A DNA stretch of 64,000 nt. Source: Oopsacas minuta (taxonomy: Eukaryota; Animalia; Porifera). The position numbers and the translations under genes were made by a program. Of the stretch, positions 13,885 to 27,500 are shown piece after piece; position 1 is the first letter of the stretch, and every line of letters begins with the position of its first letter. A model generated the notes under the pieces. It saw only the letters and a list, made by a program, of their open reading frames with translations. It had not been told where the DNA came from and made no database searches. The stretch is taken from positions 496,001 through 560,000 of the forward strand of contig JAKMXF010000321.1 in the NCBI GenBank assembly GCA_024704765.1. The letters run 5' to 3'.

Positions 13885-16800
13885 ATGGATAAAGATCTAC
13901 AAAAAGCTATTTCAAAGGGTGCTCGGCTAAAGAAGACAGTGACTAATGATAGGAGTGCTCCGGTATTTGATTGTAAGTAATACTATAACTTTACTTAATG
14001 TATTTATCTGCAGCCACGTACGTATATATGTACCTATTAATCAACGAACATGGATAATACGAATTTCCGGTTAGTACTAACACAATATTTGGACTCTTCA
14101 ATGGATTGTTGATACAAATGATACCGGTTAACGGATGTAGCCCAGAAGTTTAGCACTAGCTAGTGTTGTAGGAGGGTGCGGCGTAAGTGCGATATTGCCA
14201 CACCCTAGCTAAGCCTCTGGATATGGTGGACATTTTTGACAGAGATTAGGATGACTACATTCGTTTTTTTATCTGGAATCCGTTTAGTCTATAATCTCAT
14301 GGTTCTTAAACTTTCATTGATCATGGATGAGATTGCATTAGTGGTTAATTAAACTCCGTAAAGCTTATCTCAAGTTTGATAATCTTAATTGGAGATAAAC
14401 AAATTCATTTGATTTCTCATTCATTACTAATTGTGGTAAACTTCGTTCTATTACCCAGAGTTTGAGAAACCATGTTCAGAGTGCAGTGGCGTTCGCCTAT
14501 TGGCAAGCCGTATTGCAGGAATTTTCCTCGCTAATACTCGAACTTGCTATTAGAGGAATTATTTCCAATATTAAATGGGCAGTAAGTCTCTGAAAAGTTT
14601 GCAAATATGCGAACAGCACTAATACTAGTTCAATCATTGGACAAAACATACATCCTATTTATAGCTAAATCTTCTGGCGGTGGAGCAGGAGCAGGGGGAG
14701 GATCTAGTGGAGGAAGCGGTGGAATGAGTGGTCCCTTGTTTGCTAAAGGAATGCCACAGTTAAGACCTACAGGTCCAAGATCAGGTACGTATATATCTCT
14801 AAGATACAAATATTAGATTTTTAGGAATTTATATTTTCCTTAGATATCAGACCTAATGCAAGCCTTCCTGTTAAATCTACATTTGCTGTTCCTAGTGCAA
14901 ATTCAGGATTTGGTTCTAAGGTATCTGGGGGCCCTTCTAGACCTCAGAACACATTTGAGAATGGACCTATACCTCCACCTCCACCCAGAGAGACAGGGGG
15001 AGGGAGACCAACACCTAGACCAAGTACATAATTGCATTCCATACTATTTTTGCTAGTCTGTGATTTAGAATTTTTCAACATTTTATTCTTCACTTTTTCC
15101 AGGTTTTACCCCAAATCGAGCTCCAGGCCCCTCTATTACCAACACACGTCCTCCCCCTCCTCCCAACAGAGGGTTGCCTAATGTACCAAATCCTACTAGA
15201 CCTGCTCCTCCCTCTGGATTCAAAGCTAACTCTGTAACCACAAGTGATTCAAAGGTGTCACCTTTCGCGAGACCGGGTGCACCAGCTCACCCTCCCAATT
15301 TCAGAGGTACCGGTCAGATGGGAGGTCCTCGTCCCCCTCCTCCTAACCCTAACTCAGCTGGTTTTTCCGCGCGTGCACCTAGCTTTGGTTCTGCCAACAG
15401 AACTACAAGCTTAGGAGGTGGTGGAGCTATGGGTGGTAAGATTCCAAACCCTCCACCCAACATTCCAAATACCTCATCTAGTGTCCCAGCAGCTCAAAAC
15501 ACAATATCACCTCCACCTGCTAGATTTACACCTCAGCAGGTTGGCTAACTCATAATTACAGTAGAACTTTTCCAGTTTCTTCTTGGTCATAAATTTGCCA
15601 TTTTCCATACCAGCATACTTGCTTGTGTTTTTAAGTTAAATATATTACAAAAGAGTCCATGGAACTTTCGCTAATTATCCTACAATATAAAATGTATTGG
15701 GTTAGAACAATACAAATATTCTTAGAAATTATCCCCGAACAAACACATTGTATGATTCTTTTCCTCAAAATTTCGCTATGCACATAGAAACATAGAAACC
15801 CTGCATACCATTCATGACTCAATTCTTTCCTATCTTACTGAGATATCATCCTAGTTAATAGGAGCACAAATATATATAATTCAGTCCAGCACTATACTGC
15901 GATAAGCAATATGGCTGTTAATACTTCTCTACCTGATTTTATGCTAGAATTTCAGAGGAAAAAGGTGAGATTTTTTGCTTTTTTGCTAATTATTAAGTTG
16001 GACGAATTGTGTTTTGTACATCCTTATGGAAATATTTTATTCACTAATCGTTTGTATCCTATCCTATCATTTTCATCAAATGTACAATTTATACCATCAA
16101 TAGTGTAACTTACACAAACGAGCTGTCAGGGACGCCAAAAAACTGCCAAATTCCCTGTTCGTGGAGGTTCACTGGTACTATGTACTATCCTTTTCAAATT
16201 GTTAAATGTAATTATGTATCGTTATATTAATTTTTTACTGTCGTTTTGATTATATTCATCTCCAGTCAACTCTTGTATAACGTGTACTATATTATTGTGA
16301 TATTCTCTCAGAAAACAGTTCAACCGCCGCTAAAATCAACAGCGCCTCCTCCTTCACGTCCTAACGTGTCACAATCAGTGCCTGTTAACCGGGGGAACTT
16401 CCCTGCTCTCCCTGGGCGTAATCCTCCTGTCAAACAAGATTCTATGAATCTACCACCTCCCCCAGCTAGAGCTAACCCCCCTCCACCTCCTCCATTCTCT
16501 TCTAAGCAACCGAGTAGGAATTCAATATCAGATGAGGTTTCTCCTCTACACTCTTTCCAAAGCAGTAAGTATAAATACAATCAACATCCGTAAATTCGAA
16601 ATTCAATAATTCAAAATTTTGTATTCTTTTGAAAGCTTCTCCCATATACAACCCATTCAGTAATTTGACTTATGTTTTAGTGTTCGACTTAACCAAACTT
16701 AACTGTATTTTTTACAAGTTTACTACTACAGTCAACTCGCGTTATATCGAGCATGGATATTGAAATACTCGCTTATACCAAAGTCTAAAATTTAACAAAT

Positions 16801-17605
16801 ATGATCCCAAGGCGTAAAAGCAGCATACATTCCATCGGTTAAATCGGACTCCGTTTATATCGAAGTAATTATCGCGGTCCCTTGAACTTCGACATAACTG
16901 GAGTTGACTGCATACACTTCTAATTTGTTATAATTTTATAGACAGACAAAGGAGCATGGCTCCACCGCCACCTCCTACATCTAGGAACTACAAATCTACT
17001 TCTCCTCCTCCAGCTCTGTAAGCATATATAATATATATAATATACTTGTTAACCAGTGGAAATAACTGTTGTATTATATATTTTTATTCACATAGACCAT
17101 CGAGTGTAAGAGCTGCTCCTCCCTTACCCCCTGCTCGCTCTAACACTCCTCCCTTGAACAACCCACCTCCCCTCCCTGACAGAAACAGAGAAGCAGCAAC
17201 ACGTGCTTTCTCACCAAATGGAACTGGTAGGAGTGCTCCACCACCCCCTGCCTCAAGCAGTATGCCTTCTGGTCAAGGTAACAATTTTAATCTTAATTTA
17301 CTTATTTTCATATTGTTATTTACAATATGTTCTTGTTTAGAATTAGATAGGAGATTTAATTTTCCTAGAGACCTACCACATCCTATTGCATTCAAATCAG
17401 CTCCTAAAACATATCCCAGTCACGACCAAGATCAAGGTCTTTATATTATATATATTTTTCACATTTCCCAATATTGATCATCCTTAATTATAAACTCTTC
17501 TCTCTTCTAGGTGGCCGCAGAGGGCCTCACATGAAAATACCTCCTCCCCTCGTTACTGACCCCACGAAACGGCCACCACCTCCTCCTCCTCCTCCCCCAG
17601 TTTAA
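13885..17605 (+). CDS. WIPF: WASP-interacting protein (WIP/verprolin family), about 9 exons
   Basis: Exon 1 (13885-13972) encodes the WH2-type sequence LQKAISKGARLKKTVTNDRSAPVF. Gly-rich and Pro-rich exons follow (from 14665, 14844, about 15103, 16310, 16941, 17096). Near the C-terminus, ELDRRFNFPRDLPHPIAFKSAPKTYPS resembles the WASP-binding segment. Stop at 17603-17605. Internal boundaries are approximate. Confidence 0.85.
14484..14600. mobile_element. MITE family B, partial copy in WIP intron 1
   Basis: CAGTGGCGTTCGCCTATTGGCAAG...CTTGCTATTAGAGGAATTATTTCCAATA matches the copy at 46245. Confidence 0.7.
16727..16912. mobile_element. MITE family A copy (reverse orientation) in a WIP intron
   Basis: TACAGTCAACTC...CGAAGTAATTATCGCGGTCCCTTGAACTTCG...GGAGTTGACTG. 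Confidence 0.85.
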
Positions 17606-18530
17606 CTCCCTCGAATTTCCCAACTCCCTAACAACCGGATTGTGGGAATGGCATTCGGGGATTTTCCCCTTATTTGTATTCTCCCGAATCCGCCCATCCT
17701 TTGGGGAGGTTTTGCCATCTCAGATTATGTGTTTGGCTCATGTATCATACTAGTGACTGTTTATATCTACTAAGCATCCAATTTAACATCTACTATATTA
17801 TCTACAATAATATTACCACAGTGATTGGACACACTATGTTAGTTTTTATTACCTGGTGTAAATTAATATATAATTAGTTGTTCTTGTTGTATGGTTATTT
17901 GTAGTGTAAATGAGAGATATAGAATCTTTATACTGTTTCTATTCAAATACTTTTATTGTCTTTAGTGTAGTATTTGGAGGGGAAATTGGATTATAGTGGA
18001 ATATTATGAACGCCATTTACAACAAAATTTGTTCGTAACCAGTAGTGATACCAATTTGATATGCACTGTAAGGGCCTGATTATATTTGTTCGTATTAAAG
18101 TGCCAGTCCCACTGTATTTATATTATCCATATTGTGATTATTTTAATACCCCTTTAAAAATCAAGAATTTGACGAATATTTGAAGCTGTTGCCCTTCCTG
18201 ATTCAATACTTAATTTGCTATTCGTTTAGGAATTATGATGCATAATCCTGAAATTATTAGAAATCTATTGTTTTCAATAATTATTTTAATCTTCAATCGA
18301 AATGATACGGAAGAGAACTAATAGAACAATTCACTATAATTCTTCCTGGTGGAATATTAGTGACATCATACAAAATTATAGTTTCCATTGAATTACTTGC
18401 TTGTCAGTTATTCTATCCCGAGTTGTACCAATTATACGTACGTACAACTCAATAATGGGAATAATACCTTTTAAAAACTTGTATTGATTAATGTTATGCA
18501 TTAATTGATTCACTTAACAATTAGCTTGCA

Positions 18531-21500
18531 ATGATTCTGTTAGAGATTTGGAGTAGAATCGTAGAGGAAACTCTCCTGTCTAGATTCCAAAGGTATTTCT
18601 ACAAAATATACCCAGAAATATGTATAATTTAATGTACATTTCTTCTATCTAGCCCCAGACCTGAAGGCGTTGAAGTAATCGCTGCAGGTATACTGTAAAG
18701 TATTGATTACTCCCATATATGTATATGTGTTTTACATTTGACTTATAGATTTTGATGGGATTCTCTATCATATTTCAAATCTTAACCAGGATAAAGGGAA
18801 GATAATAGTTAGCATTTCAGTCAAGTTTTTTGCAGAAATGAAAGATTTGGGAACAGTTGAAGTATGTAATATTTATTCATATTTAAATACACATAGTACT
18901 TGTACAGTAGAAAATGTTATAACTGTCAGTATGTAAGCCAAAGTTGTGCAGTTTTCTGGTTCCTGTCATCAACAAGTTCCGCTGTTGGTATAATTAGATA
19001 TATCGATATTGTGCTTATTTTGATATACGTATGTAGTTCCTGGAGAGTGAGTACAAAGGGTACGTACATGAAACTGAGCCTGGCTATAGCTTCTCTCTAC
19101 TCTTTGATGTTGATAATCTTCAAGAAGATAAGGGTAAGAATTATTAACGCACTTTGTTTAAAACTGGAGAATGATTTAAATCCAATTAAGGGCTGGTATG
19201 TACAGCCAAGGGACAAAAGTATTCGACCACACAAATATATTGTCATAAATTGTATACTCTTTCCCGCTCCTATATATTGTGTAGTCTATATTCGTAGCTG
19301 CAATCTAGTAATTTGTATAGAATAACATGTTATTCTATACAANNNNNNNNNNNNNNNNNNNNNNNNNNNNNNNNNNNNNNNNNNNNNNNNNNNNNNNNNN
19401 NNNNNNNNNNNNNNNNNNNNNNNNNNNNNNNNNNNNNNNNNNNNNNNNNNNNNNNNNNNNNNNNNNNNNNNNNNNNNNNNNNNNNNNNNNNNNNNNNNNN
19501 NNNNNNNNNNNNNNNNNNNNNNNNNNNNNNNNNNNNNNNNNNNNNNNNNNNNNNNNNNNNNNNNNNNNNNNNNNNNNNNNNNNNNNNNNNNNNNNNNNNN
19601 NNNNNNNNNNNNNNNNNNNNNNNNNNNNNNNNNNNNNNNNNNNNNNNNNNNNNNNNNNNNNNNNNNNNNNNNNNNNNNNNNNNNNNNNNNNNNNNNNNNN
19701 NNNNNNNNNNNNNNNNNNNNNNNNNNNNNNNNNNNNNNNNNNNNNNNNNNNNNNNNNNNNNNNNNNNNNNNNNNNNNNNNNNNNNNNNNNNNNNNNNNNN
19801 NNNNNNNNNNNNNNNNNNNNNNNNNNNNNNNNNNNNNNNNNNNNNNNNNNNNNNNNNNNNNNNNNNNNNNNNNNNNNNNNNNNNNNNNNNNNNNNNNNNN
19901 NNNNNNNNNNNNNNNNNNNNNNNNNNNNNNNNNNNNNNNNNNNNNNNNNNNNNNNNNNNNNNNNNNNNNNNNNNNNNNNNNNNNNNNNNNNNNNNNNNNN
20001 NNNNNNNNNNNNNNNNNNNNNNNNNNNNNNNNNNNNNNNNNNNNNNNNNNNNNNNNNNNNNNNNNNNNNNNNNNNNNNNNNNNNNNNNNNNNNNNNNNNN
20101 NNNNNNNNNNNNNNNNNNNNNNNNNNNNNNNNNNNNNNNNNNNNNNNNNNNNNNNNNNNNNNNNNNNNNNNNNNNNNNNNNNNNNNNNNNNNNNNNNNNN
20201 NNNNNNNNNNNNNNNNNTATAGACTACACAATATATAGGAGCGGGAAAGAGTATACAATTTATGACAATATATTTGTGTGGTCGAATACTTTTGTCCCCT
20301 GGCTGTATTTACTTGTGTTATTTTAAAAGAATAAATATGGTATGAACCCATGGGATATTCATTAAATATAAAATTATTGAATTACTGTAAATTATCGATA
20401 ATTATATCAAAGTTAATCAGCTGTTTATAAAGAGTTTTAGTGTATTTTTGTGAATATATTTATATATAAGGAGGATATGTGATTTTGGCCATAATTGATC
20501 TAGCAATGGTTTGTAAGTTTGCGTATCTGTTCTCGATTTAAAACATATCTCTAACTAGAAATTACTTTGTGAATACGTATATTAATCTGTAAAAGAATTA
20601 ATTAATTAACACATACGTAAGAATTAATAATTAGAAATAAATAGAATTCATTAAAAGCTTCACCACATGCTTCACTAATGAATTTGTATAATTTGAAACA
20701 CTCCGCGTCGATAGCCTGACTAGTTACGCATTTTCTGACTTATCTATTGATTATCTTATCCTAAAATTATTGAATTTATACATTTAATTATACAGAATAT
20801 AGTATATGCTCATAAAATCTACATTATTGCCTATTTAAACACGTTTTGTCTGTGTATGTTAATTACTGAATTTTGAATTGAATAGTCCATTGAATGGGGA
20901 AGACAAAGCGGAGAGAAGTTTGTCTGGTTATAGGAGGATGTAGTTTTATAGGTCGCCATTTGGTGGAGGGATTGGTTGCAGATGGATTTCAGGTTAAACT
21001 GCTAGATAGCCAAAGTGTATGTGAAATTGAGAATGTGACATTTATACAAGGAGATTTCTGTAACAGAGATGAATTGGAATCAGCCTTACAAGGAATAGAT
21101 GTGGTATTTCATTGTGTATCAGTTTGTTCAAGTGATGGAAACATGCAAATGGTGGACCGTATCAATATTCATGGTACTAGACAACTGGTAGAAGCCTGCA
21201 ACGATACTGAAGTAAAGAAACTGATTCTTGTTACGAGCTGTGCTATAATTTCTGATTTAGGAAAACATACACGAAATGGCCGTGAATGTCAACCTTATGC
21301 AAAACGACCTTTCGACCATTCTTTTCACACAAAGGTATTACAAGAACAAATCGTATTGAGGGCAAATTCTCAATCTCTATTGACAACCTCCATTCGTCTA
21401 TTTGCTGTATTCGGACCACAACCTGCAGGAGCTATTTCCCCACATAATTTATTTTCTATAAACAGTTATAAGTATGCTATCGGATCTGGTTATAATTTGA

Positions 21501-24500
21501 GTGATTTCACGTATGTAGGTAATGTAGTGCATGGTCTTATCCTTGCATCTGATCATCTCTATCCTTCCTCACCTGTGTGTGGACAAGCATATAATATTAC
21601 AAATGGAGAACCTGTGTCGTTTAATTGGTTACTTAATTCGGTGATGGAGGGATTAGAGTGCGATTTCCCGCGAAAACGTTTCCCTTTCTGGTTAATGTTT
21701 AGCTTTGCGTTTCTTCTTAATATTATCTACTCTATTTTCTCTGTTTGTAAATTGGATTTTCGTACGAATCTTACCTTACCGTCTGTTAATGTTGCTGGGA
21801 AAGATAGCTATTATTGTATTGACAAGGCAAGAGCTCAACTTGGTTACAAACCAGTGTATTCTCTACAGCAAGGTCTAGATATTACTATTCAGTGTATTAG
21901 AGTTGGACAGATACAATAACTTATAGCATCCTGTTATGGTTACCCTTCGTTTTATATTATGTTTAGTATGTTCCTTATTAAATGATCAGTTTTTCATCTA
22001 AATTAACATACAGCAAACTCAGGTTAAGCGGAGTCAACTGTACGTATCCGTTTACGAAGTTAGGGCTGTCATATTCAAGTCATACCTTCAAATAATGTTG
22101 GTTAGCCAATCACTCATCCATGGTACATTTTCAATTCTTAATATAGAACCCACATTATTTTAAATATTATATTACATATTTATCAGACAAAACTATCTTC
22201 AGAAGCCAACGAACTCTTTTTTGTAAAAATAATCTATCCCCACGAGAATGTTTTCCTTTTATTCGGATGCACATGTTCTTGCTATGACCCTGTATGCATA
22301 TGAGGCTATAAGTCAATATAAACTCTTGATCTTACTGTTCATTCCTGACAATAAGATGCCTCTTGTCTACGGTGGTTTTCCTGAGCCTACCCTATTGGTA
22401 GCCTTTCTCGTGCATGTAAGTTTATCACTACTCTGCATGGCCATCTCTATAATAAAACTAATCATGTTCATAGCAGTATTATTTGATAATAATAAAGATG
22501 TGTCACATAACGCTGTGCTGTATACCGAAGTAATCTCGTATCTCATGCCGCCATTACTTCTTGTCGTGTTTCTATATTCGTTATCTGGTTACTTAGCCTT
22601 ATGTTTTAAATTCTACCTAACCAGTTGTTTCCTAGTTGTTATTTCCTTGTTCTGGCATGTAATGTTCTTATGTTTCCGTATTATCGATTTATTTGTGTAT
22701 TTGTATGCCTGGCATTGCAGAAATGAGTTAGAAACCGATCAAAGTGGTCTATGTATTTATATTGCTGAATTGAACTCATTGGCCTTGTTAGAGTGTATAT
22801 TTTATATAACAATGATAATCATATTGGGTTATATATCCTGTCATTTGTATGATAATATTCGTTCAGTCTCTGAGTCTTCCCATCGCAATCACAGATCTCC
22901 TCCTTCTTACAATGCTATACAATGATTATGAATGCTATTATATTAATTGTTTGTACTTTTAATAATAATATATTTTGTTGTTATTATGCTACATATATCC
23001 TTATATGGGATAGGTTCAGTTTTATCGTGTGGATGCATTACTACGTATTTATGCGTTATTAGACAGAGGACAATTGTGTTATATATCTTGTAGGGCTATT
23101 TTACATAAACTATCTTATTGTATCTGTTCTGTAATTTTTGTGAATTTTGGGGCTTGATTTATCCAACATAAATGCAGTTTAGAAATAAGTACATTCAACT
23201 CCTGATATATCGAAGTTTGATACTTTAAATTTTGATTTAGTTGGATTGGCTCGCAAAGCAGCTCTCCTCAAACGAAACTGCTTCGCTTCAATATTTAACA
23301 AATACTTTGAGTGTCAGAGGAGTGGAGATCTCAATCAGCAGAGAGCCGTGGTACCGTACAGAGACAATGAAACAATGTAAGAACAAACTATATACTTCCT
23401 TTAATGATATATTAAGTTCTTTAATACGTCTTTAATGAAGACATATTGCGTATTTATGACATCATTTTTATTGTATAATCACTATTTATAAATTTCAACG
23501 GACATCTACCATATATGTAACGTATTTTCACTTCAAATCGCCGGAAGTTGATATCATTGTGTAATCATCTAGGAGCATGTCACATGAATAATTAATATCA
23601 GAGCATTTACTTATTACTGATTATTAAACAGGTGTTGACTGTATTTACTTCATTCAATAGGTATGTGTCAGCTGATAAAGATCGCGTCACAGCTATTTTC
23701 AGTACCACATTTCAAGATGAAGATGACATCATCTTGAGCAAGATATTCATGCAGGTGGTTACCAAACATACATTAACATAGCCAGTTAGTCATCTGTTTC
23801 TGTTTAACAATTGATTATGTTTAGGCATTTACTGAGGGCAGGAAGGTGCATGGAGCTCCTTCAGTGTTGTTCACGCATAGAGAGCCTCCCTTAGAGCTAC
23901 AAGGCACTAAAGTAGCTACAGGCGATCATATTGCTTACATAACATTCGGTATAATTATATATATATTTATGTGATAGTCATAAGCGCCGAACTCGGGGGA
24001 AGGGAGGACTCGAGCCCCCTGGTGACAGTTATTTATTTATTTTGTTGTTATTAGTGCTATTTCCTCGACATTTTGAGTTCAAAGTTCGTGATCACACAAT
24101 CAATATGATTCATACCTTCCGAAATTATCTTCACTATCATATCAAGTGTTCTAAGGTAATTCCGCATATTTACATTGTAATATGGGATTCAGTCAACTCA
24201 TGTTATATCGAAGCTCAAGGAATACTTCCTTGTAAGCGTAAATTAATTACTTTCACACCAGCCATCATTCTTGGTTATAGCAGGAGTTGACTGTATATTA
24301 CTTTGCCAGTTTAACACTACTATATTTGCAAAATTAAGACTTCGATATATGTAACGTGAGTTGGCTGTACATATTTACGTAATTCTGCTTACACTTTACG
24401 TAGATTATACAATATATGGTGTGTATGCCGGTGTATATACATTTGTGCTTACCTATCATTTTTATGCTATTGTACATATGGCTATCGTATGATAATTGGA

Positions 24501-27500
24501 GATAATTCCTGCGTGGGTTATATCATGAAAGACACGTAGATTACAACAACAATGTTAGCTTTCCATGATTTACTATTCATTAATTTTATACATACAGATT
24601 ACAATACATTAGTTTGTATGTGTCTAATGGTGTAAGCTATTTCTTGAGTCATATTTTTGCATAAATTACCAAAATCATACTACTCACTGAAAAAACATTA
24701 TTCCTTACTGATTTGTGTATGATATTAAAAAGCACATATGGTAAACTTTTCATATATATTGACAATAATTCAAAATAATTGATATTATAAGTTTTCCGTG
24801 TAAACTACACACCAAAAGCTCAATACATAAATGACCTCATATACGCCGATTCCATATTTATGACGGTGACTTGTTTTAGATAATTTCATGACACAGTCAC
24901 CACTACGAAATCCACTTAGTCATTTGCCACATTATTTGATTACCTCGTTTGTTACATAATTGTATACAGCTTCCTTTCTTCTCAAAACTCCCATTTGAGA
25001 AGAAAGGAAGCTGTATACAAATACGACTTTAATGTATTGATGCGTCTAGTTGCCTTATAGGTATTCTCGCTATAGACACTCACCCTTGACTTCCACACTA
25101 ATTGACTTATTTTGGCATAGAATTCTCATTTCAGGAAATACGTACTTCAACTGACTGCCTTATTATCTGAAATGAACTCATCGAATAGTGAAATCGTATG
25201 TATACAGCTTTCGTATTTTCGATGATAAGTCCCTGAATCAATACTGTATATTTTTAGCATATTCCAAACAAAGTGTATTGTAAACATTTTCAATAATACT
25301 ATTGATCACGTCAGTGATTATCTAATACCATTGGAATAAATTTCCTCTAATCAAACCTGCGATAAGAAAATAAATCATTACTGCTATTAGATGGCTAGGG
25401 ACGTATGCTTTCTGTAATGTGAGTATTGTATAAATACTGTATATAAGGCTTTATTGAGTACAATTGTAATAGTTGAAATTTCTTGCCTGTGATATAATGT
25501 CTGTTATAAAAAGACTTTACAATACTTTCAACCGAAATTCAAATAACCATAGCCATGGAAGGATTTCTCCACAACTTATCAAGAGTAGAAAAACGACCTT
25601 TTCGAGCTATTTAGAACAGGATAAAGTTGAAGTTGGTTTTGCAAAAGTTTATGACAAAGAAGCAAACTTAATTAAAGATCTCTCAGATGAATTTATCATG
25701 ATAGAAATCGAGAATGTACCCACATTAACGCCTCATAATATTGAATATGCATTATCACGTCCCCATTTTAAAACCACATCATCTGGTCGCAAAATTCGTA
25801 CACTTTCTCTCCCATCAACAGCATACACTGATTCACAGTATTGGTATTCGTTTATGCAATCAATGAGTGAACTGGGTAGCCATTGTTTAAGACATGATAT
25901 TTTGTTGAAAGATGATTTCATTGATCAGGAACCTTTCCTGTATATTGGATTACCAGCTATTGCAATATTTGACATGGTACAACGGTCATGTTTTATGAGA
26001 AGTTTTCCAATCGTGTTCCATAATGGTGTCACACTCGATTCAAGACATTGCCCTCTTAATGGCCCCGTTCCTTTCAAACTGTTTGAACTCTTCAAAACAA
26101 GATTCATGGACTTGAAACTTTCGTTACAAGAGATCGCTCTCATGAAGATAAAGCTCCTCTATTCGTCAGGAGAGAGAGATTATCCAGATTCGATGCAGTC
26201 AAACATTGAATTCGAAAGATTAGCTCATTTGAATGCATTCATTGCTGATATAATTTCAACTTCCATCGAATTGACACAACTCGCTTATTTCAAGGATAAT
26301 TTTGAAGAAAACGTAACTAAAAAGATACTTAAAAATAAATATTAAATATTAATTTCTTATTCATTCTTTGTTTGTTGCTGTTCTCGTTCAATCGTTGGTT
26401 TAATTGGTTTTGAATATAAATGCACTATTTTGTAACAACATATGATTAATGATGAATTCTTATTATTCAATTTAATGTAACCAACTGCGCCAATTAATAG
26501 TAAATAATTCAATGAGTTGTCGATAGAAATAGCCTACGTGCGAGACATACGAGTACGTTCTTGATAATTAAAATTCCAGGGAAATAATCTCTGACATGAA
26601 ACCAATAATATTACCTACATTATTACCGGTTTAGGCTTATCTTCACAGCAGAATGAGAGCACGAACTACTGAGTTTCTAAAAGTGATGAATAGAGCTAAA
26701 CCAGAGCCTCCTAAGAAAGCTGAGAAGAAAACTATCTCGTAAGTATCTTTGATATAAAATCTAGGTAACATTATCTGCCTTTTGGGTAAATCTACACGCC
26801 CTATTAATCTTACGACAGAAATAGATCACAACGCAAGGGAAACTTCACAATGTCCTTTATTGGGTTAATAATTAATTAGAGATGTTAGTTCCTAGCACTG
26901 CTCATTATCTATAATTATTATCATTTTAGTATTGAAATAGTATATTAACACATCGTAATTAAAAGATGGCCTCATTCTTTTCACGTGTGCTGGCTTCTGT
27001 TGGAAATAGTATCAATACATATACGGGGGAAGATAGCTACAAATTCGGTGACTTTTCTAGAGCTACAGCTAGTCGAGTGGGTACTGCAGTGAGACAGTAC
27101 ACTGGGAAGGATGAATATCAGTTTGGAGATGTTTCACGAGAAACTATTAGCAAATTGCATCAATTCAGAGAAAGGCACCAAACTCCCGCTATAGGCTACT
27201 TACGAGATAATGTATTAGGTTATACTAATAAGGATAGATATGTGCTTGGAGATATCACGCTGAGTACTGTGAGGAAATTTATTAATTTTATTCGGGAAAA
27301 TACAAGTTCAAACAGTAATTTAGTTTCCATTGAGAGTACTGATAATGCAATCGAGGGCTCAGATGAACTGATTGAAGTTCTTTCACGCGCTTTTTGGCTG
27401 CCTAATAAGCACGATGTAGATATAAAGTGCACTCAAATACAGCTTAAAGATGACGTAATATGGGAATCATTCTTCGTGATAGCATACGAGTTGAGTATTC

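Noticed and set aside
13608-13892. 94-aa ORF upstream of WIP and similar short ORFs (24042-24290 tail, 59125-59484 tail, 60239-60475)
   Set aside because: Their sequence is largely read-through into MITE copies or introns
19313-20351. Three long ORFs (337, 303 and 338 aa) in the ORF track
   Set aside because: Artefacts of translating the 875-N gap
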